Part shown: one piece after another, positions 38,690 through 50,156 of the stretch
Layout of the letters: each line of letters begins with the position of its first letter
How positions within the stretch are numbered: position 1 is the first letter of the stretch
Source of the DNA: Takakia lepidozioides
Taxonomy: Eukaryota; Plantae; Bryophyta
Reading direction: 5' to 3'
Assembly: GCA_030704615.1 (NCBI GenBank)
Contig: CM060732.1
Coordinates: forward strand, 61,132,001-61,196,000
Length of the DNA stretch: 64,000 nucleotides
The notes under the pieces: generated by a model
Databases searched by the model: none
The model's input: only the letters and a program-made list of their open reading frames with translations
What the model was told of the DNA's origin: nothing
Position numbers and translations under genes: made by a program

Positions 38690-40905
38690 CCAACGGATGC
38701 CTACGCGACACGTGCTTCGCTGAAAATGGCACACGCAGTGCTTGAAAACGGATAATTCCGGGAGGTCTGTGCAGACTTCCCGGCTGATCTACCCCCAACG
38801 GGTGCCTACGCAACACGTGCATCACCTGAAAATGGCACACGCAGTGCCTGAAAACGGATAATTCCGGGGAAGTCTGTGCAGACTTCTCGGCTGATCTAAC
38901 CCCAACGAGTGCAACATCGCCTGAAAACGGCACACGCAGTGCCTGAAAACGGATAGTTCCGGGAGGTCTGTGCAGACTTCCGGGCTGATCTACCCCCAAC
39001 GGGTGCCTACGCGACATGTGCATCGCCTGAAAATGACACACGCAGTGCCTGAAGACGGATAATTCCGAGGAAGTTTGTGCAGATTTCTCGGCTGATCTAA
39101 TCCTAACGGGTGCAACATCGCCTGAAAATGGCACACGCAGTGCCTGAAAATGGATAATTTTGGGAAGTCTATGCAGACTTCCCGGCTGATCTACCCCCAA
39201 CACGTGCCTACGCGACACGTGCATCGCCTGAACATGGCACACGTAGTGCCTGAAAACGAATAATTCCGGGGAAGTCTGTGCAGACTTCTCGGCTGATCTA
39301 AGCCCAATGGGTGCAGCATTGCCTGAAAATGGCACACGCAGTGCATGAAAACGAAAAATTATGGGAAGTATGTGCAGACTTCTCGGCTGATCTACCCCCA
39401 ACGGGTGCCTACGCGACACGTGCATCGCCTGAAAATGGCACACGCAATGCATGAAAACGGATAATTCCGGGGAAGTCTGTGCAGACTTCTCGGCTGATCA
39501 ATCCGAATGGGTGTAGCATCGCCTAAAAATGGCACACACAATGCCTGAAAATGGATGATTTCGGGAAGTCTGTGCAAACTTCCCGACTCAACGGGTGCCT
39601 ACACGACACGTGCATCGCCTGAAAATGGCACACGCAGTGCCTGAAAATAGATAATTCCGGGAAGTCTGTGCAAACTTCCCAGCTGATCTACCCCCAACAG
39701 GTGCCTACGCGACACGTGCATCGCCTGAAAATGGCACATGTAGTGCCTGAAAACGGATAATTCCGGGAAGTCTGTGCAGACTTCCCGCCTGATCTACCCC
39801 CAACGGGTGCAGCATCGCCTAAAAATGGCACATGCAATGCCTGAAAACGGATAATTCCAGGAAGTTTGTGCAGACTTATCGGCTCATCTACCCCCAACGG
39901 GTGCAGCATCGCCTGAAAATGGCACATGCAGTGCCTGAAAACAGATAATTCTGGGAAGTCTGTGCAGACTTCCCGGCTCATCTACCCCCAACGGGTGCCT
40001 ACGCGACACGTGCATCGCCTGAAAATGGCACACGCAGTGCCTGAAAAAGGATAATTCCGGGAAGTTTGTGCAGACTTCCCGGCTGATCTACCCCCAACGG
40101 GTGCCTACGCGACACGTGCATCGCCTGAAAATGGCACACGCAGTGCCTGAAAACGGATAATTCCGAGAAGTCTGTGAAGACTTCCCGGCTGATCTACCCC
40201 CAACGGGTGCCTACGCGATACGTGCATCGCCTGAAAATGGCGCACGCAGTGCCTAAAAACGGATAATTCCGAGAAGTCTGTGCAAACTTCCCGGCTGATA
40301 TACCCCCAACCAGTGCTTACGTGACACGTGCATCGCCTGAAAATACGTGCATCGCCTGAAAATGGCACGCATAGTGCCTGGAAATGAAGAATTCCAGAAC
40401 GTCTGTGGAGACTCCCCGGCTGATCTACCCCCAACAGGTGCCTACGCGACATGTGCTTCGCCTGAAAATGGCACACATAGTGCCTGGAAACGGATAATTC
40501 CGGAAGTATGTGTAGACTTCCCGGCTGATCTACCCCCAACGCGTGCCTACACGACATGTGCATCGCTTGAAAATGGCACACGCAATGCCTGAAAATGGAT
40601 AATTCCGGGGAAGTCTGTGCAGACTTCTCGGCTGATCTACCCCCAACGGGTGCAACATCGCCTGAAAATGGCACACGCAATGCCTAAAAATGGATAATTC
40701 CGGGAAGTCTATGCAGACTTCCCGACTGATCTACCCCCAACAGGTGCCTACGTGACACGTGCATCGCCTGAAAAATGACACACGCAGTGCCTGAAAACGG
40801 ATAATTTCGAAAGTCTGTGCAGACTTTCTGGCTGATCTACCCCCAATACCTACGCGACACGTGCATCGCTTGAGAAATGCACAATGCCTGTGTGAAAACG
40901 GATAA
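38690..40905. repeat. Tandem array of ~105-120-bp units (~19 copies) with internal palindrome GAAGTCTGTGCAGACTTC
   Basis: Unit gcctacgcgacacgtgcatcgcctgaaaatggcacacgcagtgcctgaaaacggataattccgggaagtctgtgcagacttcccggctgatctacccccaacggg, in long and short variants. Confidence 0.95.
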
Positions 40906-40909
40906 TTCC

Positions 40910-41835
40910 TGTGCAGGTGGCTCCCGAGTGCATGTGGAGCACCTGGATGAGGATGACAACATGGCACGAACCAACTACAACAGTATTCCAAAGCAGTACA
41001 AAAAATCAGTGTTGGAGACCTCAGTGTCCACTGCAAATTGGCATATTGCAAGAACAACGGACTTGTCACGCGCCCAATGTTGGGGTATTCATATTGACAG
41101 TGGGCAGCCTCATAAGCAACAGATTTGTCCTTCAAAATCGTCTGGCATTCCACCTCCGAAGTACATCGGAATGTGCCACAACCCAGTTTTTGCAAATAAG
41201 AAATTGCATGAGTACTGGTTTTGTCCTCATGACATTCAATATGGGGGAGTCCACCGAGATGCGAAGGACAAACCAGAGCCACCACAGGTATGGCCTCTGA
41301 TGCAGCCAGGAACTTATTTGACTCAGGGAAGTTAACTCATTGGATGCAGCCGGGTTTTGCCTGGTCCCGAGGGATGATATCCCATGTTTTCACATTGAGG
41401 AGGACGTTGGTGCCCAGCAACCCGGAGCTCATCAGAATCGGGACTATTACCCCAAGAGCAGATGGGGCAAGCAATATAACCAAAAAAAGCACCTTCGACG
41501 AAGGTGGGATTGGCGATGTCACTGCGAGGTATCGTTCAGAACTTCCGTGATGTTCCTCGACCGGGGATGGGAAGAGTGTACACCATCAGTACTTTAGGCT
41601 CAACAACCAATGGGATGGTTTATTACGTCTCAATTGGCATTTACCCGGAGTGCACATGTCCCGACTTTGTGAAGCTACGTAATCTGCAAGGAAGGGTACA
41701 CCCACTGCAATCACATATACTGGATTTTTCTTTGGCATCTCCGTTGTAGTGCTGACAGCCCCACAATTAATTATCCTACTTTGAGTATGAACGAGGTCAG
41801 TGCAATCCTTCGCAATGATCCCTGCGTATGGTTGA
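40910..41835 (+). pseudogene. SWIM zinc-finger protein fragment (TE-associated)
   Basis: YYVSIGIYPECTCPDFVK...CNHIYWIF fits the SWIM CxC..CxH pattern; preceded by a Cys/Trp region WHIAR..C..WFCPHDI..WPL; frameshifted. Confidence 0.65.
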
Positions 41836-42727
41836 AATAACATGATCAGAGGCGTCCTTCTGCGAGGGAAGATGAGGAGCATTTGCTTGCGATATCACCT
41901 TATGTTCTGGATGCACCGCTTTTCGTTCCACTGATCATTCTTTAAAAAACAGTAAAATTCATTCAATACGTCTATTGCCACTTGTCAGAAAGGATCTTGT
42001 ACTATTTTGCAAGTTTGTGCCGACTTACCGATGAGCGGTCTCTGACTTTCCGAATGTTCTTCTAGTTTGTTTTTGCTCCTTGTTCAGAAATTGCAAGATC
42101 AATTTTTTTTTTGGTATTTTCCTATTTTATGACGATCACCGAGGTAGTGTGCTTGAAGCTGGAAAGTCATGCCGAACGCATTTCATGGTGGGATGGGAAT
42201 CGGTAAGTCTGTGCAGACTTATAGTATATAACAGTATGGCATCCGACAAGTCTGTGCAGACTTCTCAACTGCAACTTCTGGAAAATTAAAAAGCTCATAA
42301 CATTAAATACATACATATTAAACTTACATAATAGATAGTAGGTATAAAATAGGCAGCCGAAGTCTGTGCCGACTTCTCGGAAATGGACTGTCCCGCCATC
42401 ATGAAATGGTCAAATTTGTCCACAGTTATACAAGGAAGGCCTATTCCTGTGGTAGCCCCATGACTTGTTTGGAAGACCAGAGTATTGTGGAAGTCGACAC
42501 CGACTTCCAGATTTAGGAGAACCCCCGAACCTACGTATGCATCCGAACCTGCCTCCAATATCCTATTATCCGGGGACATCTTGGATATTTTAACTGCAAA
42601 AAATGCCGAAATGCAGCTCCACAGGGTCTGAAATGAGGGAATATTCCCCCAAATATGCTCTGCTCATGTTTATTTTTGCTTTTGCTTATGCTTAAATGTG
42701 CTCATTGCTCATAGAAAATATAGACCC

Positions 42728-43050
42728 CAGCATGGGTATGGGATTAAGGCTTTGGAAACATAAGAGCAAATGATGTGGGAAGGGATGAAGCCAGACCAGG
42801 CCGTCATGTTCATTTGTTTTTGTAATATGCATATGCGAGCCTAGCAGCCCTGGGAAGGGGCAAAGAGGTTTATGGTGACATTATCCAAGCTGAAATTGTA
42901 CCAGATTTCATTCTGAACATTCCCCTGGTGTACATCTACGTCAAATGTGAGCTTGGCAGCCCTCAAAAGGGCACAAAGGTCCATGATGACATCGTCAAAG
43001 CTGGAGTTGTCACTCTAAACACTGCCTTGGTGGATATGTATGTTAAGGCA
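42728..43050 (+). pseudogene. Continuation of interrupted PPR fragment
   Basis: KALET*EQMMWEGMKPD...GKEVYGDIIQAEIVPDFILN..LV; LNTALVDMYVK. Confidence 0.8.
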
Positions 43051-44979
43051 GCCCTGGAAGTGGATGTCACTTTGGATGACAAGGTAGCTGGCACCACCAT
43101 TCTCTGGAACTGCCTGAATTCATTCTCAAATGATTTCTAATGTTCTCTTGACATGTCCACGATAGTGCTGGACCTAGCTACACAGCAGATTATCCTTACT
43201 CAATGACTTCAGTTGGGCAGTGATCTATGGATATGGCAACATGGCCCTCATGTTGGTCATTTGTAGAATGTGGTCCTCTTTTACTGCTTCACAGTAGAAA
43301 ATTACACTATACAAAGTCAAGCAAACTCATTATCACTGATTCAGAGTCAAACCGCATGCTAAACATCATGGAACATAGTCAATATGTTTCATTTCAGTTA
43401 AACCACTTTACTACATGTCATGCATCCACGTCACTTTGCCCTTAAGCCACTCACTACACGTCATGCATCCACCTTATAATTCAGTTAAACCACTTTACTA
43501 CACGTCATAGCCACGTCATAGCCACGTCGCATCCACGTCATATTGTGCTGCCTACACGTCACCCCCTAGGTTTCACTGTCAGAACCTAGCGTCTGGATTC
43601 GACTGCTTGACTGAAACGACTTGACCTTTGTCACGCATGTTCGATTATGGAGGCTGGGAGTAAAATGTCGCAAACGACTCAAAAATGAGTCAAATACAGA
43701 GTCGAAAAACCCAGCTTGTATTGTAGTGCCAACTGCAGCTGAAGTCTAGGGAATCTTGCGGACAATTCTGGAATTGCAGAGGCCTCCTCCGGGCTTGCAG
43801 AATTCTGGAGTTCTTCCTCAACGGTGGTGAAGTGCTGCTGCAAACATTGAGCAGCAGCACCCTCCTCCGCTAACAGATCCACAAAATCGGTCGATCCCGT
43901 TGCCTTCGCTGCAGCAGAGAAGCCCCCAACATTACTTGGCTGGACAGCAAGCAGGAACTGGGCTTCAGCTCGTGGAATCGATTTTGCAGGAGACTGCTCC
44001 AACCTCCCCCTGTTTGTCTTCTGCTTCTTCATTCTTACAGGTGAAGGCGTCTGCTGCATTTGAATCTGCACTGCACTCTTCTGCTTCATTCTCTTGGGGG
44101 GGGGAGGAAACGGCCTGGTCCGGTTCAGAAACCAGTTCAAGGACGGGCTGCTTTTTTTTCGTCTTTGCTAGAGAAGGGTCCGACCCCTGTTGGCGATTCT
44201 CCATGACCTTCAAACGCGACTCTTTCTCTGGGGCTATGAACTGCAAAGACTTGCCTTTCCAAACCGTGTCCTTGAAACGCATAGTGCTAGGCCCGGCAGG
44301 AAGACCCGTGCTCGTGAATCGACTAGGTGCGCGTGCTGCAGATACCTCCACGGATTCTTCCTGCGGCTCTTCGGATTCCTGCGATCCCTCCACCACCTCC
44401 ACCTTTCGAGTTAGGCATGCAAACATCTTCTACAATCAAGTGTCCTATCATATAGTCTAAGAATTGCACAACAAAAATGAGGGAGGGTTTCGGTGCTCGA
44501 TCAGCTGCGCGTATCCCGATAGCACGGAGCTCTCACTAGTGGCTGGGTTGCTTGCGTTGCCTACTGCTGCGAGATGACCATCTCCTCCTGAAGACGCATC
44601 TGTTTCCTCCCCTTCGGCATTGGTCTTCGCCCGAAGTACAACTTGCGGAGCTTGCGACGATGTCTCTTCTCTGCTGCAGGAACTTCCTCCCTCTCAGGTT
44701 GGAGCATAAGAAGAACACAGATGCGGAAAAGGCGCGAAGAGTGCAGATGGAAAGGGCGCAAGAGGGGTAAATGAGTAGACACGACAAAAGAAGATGAAAC
44801 GGTGATGATGCATCGCTTGGGTTCGAAAGGCTGGGATGGAAGTGTCTCCTCGTGAACTATGCGTCATTATGAAATCCGAATCGTCAAAGGTACGTCTGCC
44901 GTCCGCAAAACAAACATCATTAACCAACGGTCAGGCCGCGCCGCCTCCTGCAACTTCAGCCAGCATGAGTGCAGAAATC

Positions 44980-45640
44980 AAAATGCGGTGCCGCAATTCC
45001 GTTGGTCCACGTGTTCACATATCATGGCATTTCCGTCCCAGCGTCTGATGAGTTAGAGTGAAAACGGAAATGCGGCGCCGCATTTCCGTTAAGGCAGCTT
45101 TGAGTAGCATCTCGAACGGAAATGCGGTTTCATGCCGGGCATACAAAATGGAAATGCGGCGCCGCATTTCCGTTGTGGAAAGTCCGAAGGTTCGACTCGG
45201 ACGGAAATGCGGTGCCGCATTTCAGTTGCAGTGTTTCATGCTTTTCAATCAGAACGGAAATGTGGTACCGCATTTCCGTTCCACTGTCACATACCTTACT
45301 TGTTGGACGGAAATGCGGCACCGCATTTCCATTCTGGAGTGTATGAAGGTTACCCCCTGACGTAAATTCAGTGCCGCATTTCCGCCCCACTGTTGCATGC
45401 CTGAGATACAAAACGGAAATGCGGCGCCGCATTTCCGTTGTGGAAAGTCCGAAGGTTCGACTCGGACGGAAATGCGGTGCCGCATTTCAGTTGCAGTGTT
45501 TCATGCTTTTCAATCAGAACGGAAATGCGGTACCGCATTTCCGTTCCACTGTCACATACCTTACTTGTTGGACCACATTTCCATTCTGGAGAGTATGAAG
45601 GTTACCCCCCGAAGTAAATTCGGTGCCGCATTTCCATCCC
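44980..45640. repeat. Array of palindromes (AAC)GGAAATGCGG(CG/TG/TA/CA)CCGCATTTCC(GTT), ~11 copies, including a ~265-bp tandem duplication
   Basis: Perfect 28-bp palindrome at 45063-45090 and 45412-45439; 45145-45410 is repeated at 45410-45640. Confidence 0.9.
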
Positions 45641-45884
45641 ACTGCTGCCCTAGTTGCAAATTTGGACATGACGTGGCGTTGACGCGTCAGCGTCACGTCC
45701 GACGTCAGCGACGGACGTGCGTCACGTCACGTCCTAAACCGACGTTACTGTATATAAATATGTTTTTTTTTAACTTTACTATTGACTATTTACCATGAGA
45801 ACCGACGTGACAACCGATGTGGCCTCATTACATGGACTTCTTTAATTATCTGTAAAATTTATATATTATGATTTATATTGTCAA

Positions 45885-46205
45885 TCATGCGACCGTCAGC
45901 AAAGGTTGGTCGGACAAATTTTTATTTTTTTTAAATAGATGCGACCACCAGAATGGGGTGGTCGCATTTTTTTTAAAATGGGTGCGACCACCAGCAGGTG
46001 GTGGTCGTAACATTTTCATTTTTTTTAATAGGTGCGACCACAAGCAGAGGGTGGTCGCACATTTTTTCTTTTTATTAAATTGGGTGCGACCACCAGCAAG
46101 GGATGGTCGCACATTTTTAATTATTTTTTAAAAGGGTGCGACCACCAGCCAGTGGTGGTCACAGATTTTTATTTTTATTTTGTTATTAGGTGCGACCGCT
46201 CCCTG
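45885..46205. repeat. Array of TGCGACCACC-N7-GGTGGTCGCA hairpin repeats with T-rich linkers
   Basis: ~6 copies; same motif at 58080-58400, 59900-60000 and 63550-64000. Confidence 0.9.
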
Positions 46206-46265
46206 GACACGTGGCGAGGCGTGAATGGGCAGTAAAGGCGGTCACACGCCAGGCCTATCCAGGCA

Positions 46266-46292
46266 GTATATAAGGGCCTACCCCTCATTTCC
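46266..46292 (+). promoter_or_regulatory. Putative core promoter (TATA plus initiator-like element)
   Basis: GTATATAAGG followed by CCCCTCATTTC; the same pair occurs on the minus strand at 63450-63420 upstream of the hAT gene. Confidence 0.5.
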
Positions 46293-46563
46293 AACCCACT
46301 TTTTTCCCTCTCTGTGAGTGCGGTTCTGGGGCTTCTTGGAGTTTGAACTTCGGTGGTCAGGACTGAGCGTGGGGGGGGGGAGAAAGTGGATTTGTGTGGG
46401 GGAGGAGTTTTTGCCTTTTTTTCCTGGGACTGCGAGAGAGTTTGCTCTGGGTACTATACCAATAGAGGGTGAGGAAATTGGTCTGCTAGTATATAAGGTT
46501 ATCAATAGTCTGGGTTTAGTTTTCCGTTACGAAGCCGCGTCTATTCCGCAGAGTACTTTCATC

Positions 46564-48056
46564 ATGTCCGGAAACGTTGCTTCGAACGCAGTGTCTTCCT
46601 CGGGAAGTGGGCGTAAAGGTAAGAGGCGTAAACATGCACATGAACGGGATAGTCAGGTCAACAAAAAAAACTATCCAAGTGCAGAGGCCGCGAAGGTGGT
46701 GAAGCAAATAGTGCTGGATTATTTGAAGGACAATGACATAATGCGTTTGAATCTTTTGTATGTCCGACATGGGAATGAGGGGTTCCTTAGATTCCAGCAC
46801 AATATGAAAATGAAAATGAGGGAGAATTTGGCCAAGGATGAATGGGAGGAGGACAGGGCCAAGTTTCAGTTCACGAAATGGATGGAGGACCAGGCCTATG
46901 ATGTCACATGGAATCTGAGGCAAACCATGGACAAGTTTGTTACGAGAACATCTGTAGCTGAAGGTCACATGCCAACTTCGGAGGATGAGTTGTTTGTGCT
47001 TGTGGATTGGTGGTCTGACATGGCAAAGGCCCACGCTAAATGACGTACAAAACCACTCCTATGGAAGGCAGGGTCATCGTCCGCGGATGCGGCATTGAAC
47101 GTGAGATATATATCCACAAACGCACAGTTACAACAACTCGACATGCCCAAACAGGGAGGGTATGGTACAATTCGGAAGGTTATAATTGTTGGGGATCAAT
47201 TCATTCCTCCATCTTGGGAGCTAGCAGGGAAAACGCCCAGGGAAACAAATGTTGAGCTTGCCAAAGTCCAACATAACAATGAGGCGTTGGCTGTAAAGTT
47301 CCATCATTTCGGCATCATAAAGTATTTTGCGTTGCATCCACATCGAAATGAAGGTTGCACACATTGGTGGAATGGGGGGACCATACGATCATGGTTGAGT
47401 ATTGACAGGAAATGGGGGAATGATCGGGATAACATGGAGTTAATGGAACGACGGGGGACGGAGCAGGAAATGCAGAAGGTCAACCGACTAGTTCGATTCC
47501 GACCCAATTGGCATGGGCGCTTTTGCACATCATGCTCAACGTCCATAATCACCACCTCTTGCACAACGATATGTCCCCCGACAACATCTTGTTGCATTTT
47601 CCACAAGGGTCTGAAGATGTGTACATCTGGGTATGCGATTGGGGGATGGCCTCCACGACGGATGACCCAAAAACCACGTTGTACATTTTCGAGAGCAGAG
47701 ACAAGATGATAAAGACTCTCGCACATAGATGGTGGATTGCACCTGAAATTGCAATTGTTCATAATGTAGCCAACAACCAGTCAGATGGCACACCTCGTAG
47801 GCCCCCTCTAACCATGCCATCAGAGACCTTTGCAATTGAGAAGATAGCCCGTGTAATAAATGGGGGTAACACGTTCGATGCAAGCCTGTTCAACGATATG
47901 TCTACTGGAACCTGTTTTGCTTCCGCTCTGGAAAGCTTGTGTGTAGACACAGTAGAGTTGCGGTACAAACTAGAAAATGTTGTGAAGCGTTTCATGACGG
48001 GGCTATTCAATTGGCCTGAGCCCAAAAATTGTTGGAGGATGGATGGAAACTTGTAG
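46564..48056 (+). pseudogene. Protein kinase-like pseudogene (TE cargo)
   Basis: GGYGTIRKV (Gly loop), LAGK, NNEAL, HNDMSPDNILL (catalytic loop), CDWGMA (DFG-like), WWIAPE; in-frame TGA at 47041 and a frameshift near 47500. Confidence 0.85.
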
Positions 48057-48129
48057 ACCTCTGGCTGTACATCACGTTTGAATAAATGTTGTTTTCAATT
48101 GTGTTTGTCTCGTACCATAATGTTTTAAT

Positions 48130-49150
48130 GGTTTGTTACTTGGCCATGGCACCTGGGTCCATCATATGGGATAATCAAGCACCACACCCACGAATCTTCA
48201 AGAGTGACAGTGTACACCGGGTCAATGGGTGAACCAATCGTTCCCTGCAAATGATTTTAGATTGATTTGAAACTTTGGGAGTGTGTTGTCCATGCCCTCT
48301 TTAAGTTACCGGACAAGTATGAGGTCAATCTAAAATGGTTCTAAGGGTGAACCAATAGTTCCCCTATTAAATGATTCATGATTGAAAATTGGTTGAAAGG
48401 TTTAACGAGTCGTTCGGGGGGCAAATGATTATTTCTTTGCTTGCAACTTTGTGTACGTGATTTGTACGTACTTAAGCACATATGGACCAAAGTTGAACTT
48501 CAACAAAATTGTTTGAATCGGTTATTCAAATTCATAAGGAGAAACAACCTTTCGCCTGCACATGAATTGTTTTTAATTCCATTCTGAAGCCATATGCTTG
48601 ATAACAACATGAAGAGTTGCATGCAAAATATCACCATGAACAGACATCGTCTGCATCCAAAACACATTTTATTCCCTCATTTACACTCCAAGGTGAAGTT
48701 ATCTTCAACTTCATGCACTCTTCATAGATAGTTCTGCAATAGTGAGCATAGAGCAAAGGATGAACGTTTTTTTCCAAACATTTTTCTTTGGTACATTTTT
48801 TGGCAAGGATGTGGTGGTATGAGGGTTCAACTCACAGAAGAAAATCAAGCCAAAAACAAAATCATTGCGCCCCACACTCATTGCGCCCCACAATCCTATG
48901 CCCTCTAAATCATTTTATTTAGTAAAAATCCAGTTCAATTCAAAATCGGATGAAAAGGTGAACGGAAACTTCCCCAATGAAATAATATTTTATTGCTCCG
49001 AAACTTTGCAAGTGTCTTCTACATGCTCTCTTACACGTCTTTGAGAAGTATGACATCAATCTAAAATGGTTTAAAGGGTGAACCAATCGTCCCCCTACCA
49101 AATGATTTTTAAATTGATTTGGAACTTTGCAAGTGTCTTGTACATGCCCG
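48130..49150. repeat. Degenerate ~120-bp repeat region downstream of the kinase
   Basis: gaaactttg..agtgt...acatgc...gacaagtatgag.tcaatctaaaatggtt...gaaccaat recurs; same family at 54800-56460. Confidence 0.6.
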
Positions 49151-49819
49151 TTCATGACCTAGTTCTCCAGTATGGTCGCCAAATGTCGAGCGGCTTTTAC
49201 TCACCCATCCCTTCGCTATCCGAGGTGGAAACTCCAAGATAGAAGAGTTGGATATCTCTAAGCACTCAGCCCGCTCAGAACAATCAGTCATGATCTACAG
49301 CTAGTGAATCATGGTTGTGCTTCCTATTTGTATTCCTTCTTGCCTTCATGTTATCAATTTACCTTATTGTGTATACTGAAGCATCAGATTGCTTCAGTAT
49401 TTACCCAGTTCCAATTAATCAATCATTCATTCATTCCACAGCTTCTCTCATTTCTCTCTGCACAGTATGATTGTATCGATTAAGTATCAGATTAAGATTT
49501 ATTAAGTATCAGGCCACTGCCATGGTGTTCCTAATCTACTCTTCTGTATGATTCTACAGCTTGCATTAATTAAGTCTCAATCAAGTCATCATCTCCTCTT
49601 CACTGTTTCCGCTCTCCGTTTCATCTCCTCTCCCCCTGACCAAGTCGCGTCCTCCAAGAAGTGATCCCCTTCCTGTTGCCGCCCTGCCTAATCTACCCGC
49701 AAGCTGTTCTAACCACCTAACTAACTAACCGTCACCCCTGAAGTAACACGTTCCCTCTGCAAATGTCGTTCCCACACAGTCGTTCCCTGTCAATGATAAC
49801 CGTTCCCCATGTACGCTGT

Positions 49820-50030
49820 GACAGGTTGTGTCAAGCTGTGACTGTGCTGAGCTGTGACTGGCTGTGTGAAGCTGTGTCGGGCTGTGTCAGACTGTGACGG
49901 GCTGTGATTGGTTGTGCGAAGCTGTGTCGGGCTGTATCAGACTGTGTTTGGCTGTGATAGACTGTGACGGACTGTGACTGGCTGTGCGAAGCTGTGTTTG
50001 GCTGTGTCGGGCTGTGTCGGGCTGTCTACC
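49820..50030. repeat. 10-bp minisatellite (gctgtgactg / gctgtgtcgg variants)
   Basis: ~20 degenerate 10-bp units. Confidence 0.9.
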
Positions 50031-50156
50031 CCCCCTAAAGCCTGCGCCTGCCACCCCTAAGGCTCCTGTTGGTCTCAGTCTACTATCCGTAAGTTTGCGC
50101 AAAAATTAAGGGTACCCAACATAACCCGTAAAAGCGTCTAAGTCCCAAGCAGCCCT

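Larger units (their letters stand above)
36997..42727. mobile_element. 5.7-kb TIR DNA transposon derivative (MULE-like or KDZ/Zisupton-like) inserted in a PPR motif
   Basis: TSD (C)AGCATGGG at 36988-36996 and 42728-42736; imperfect TIRs GGGTTGTTTTTTCTTGAGCCATGAGCA vs rc GGGTCTATATTTTCTATGAGCAATGAGCA; PPR codons YVQHG/YGIKALET rejoin across it; subterminal AAGTCTGTGCCGACTT motifs at both ends. Confidence 0.8.

Noticed and set aside
38679-40680. Long minus-strand ORFs (257 aa, 191 aa) in the satellite
   Set aside because: Translations of a non-coding tandem repeat with shifting frames; no domain signal.
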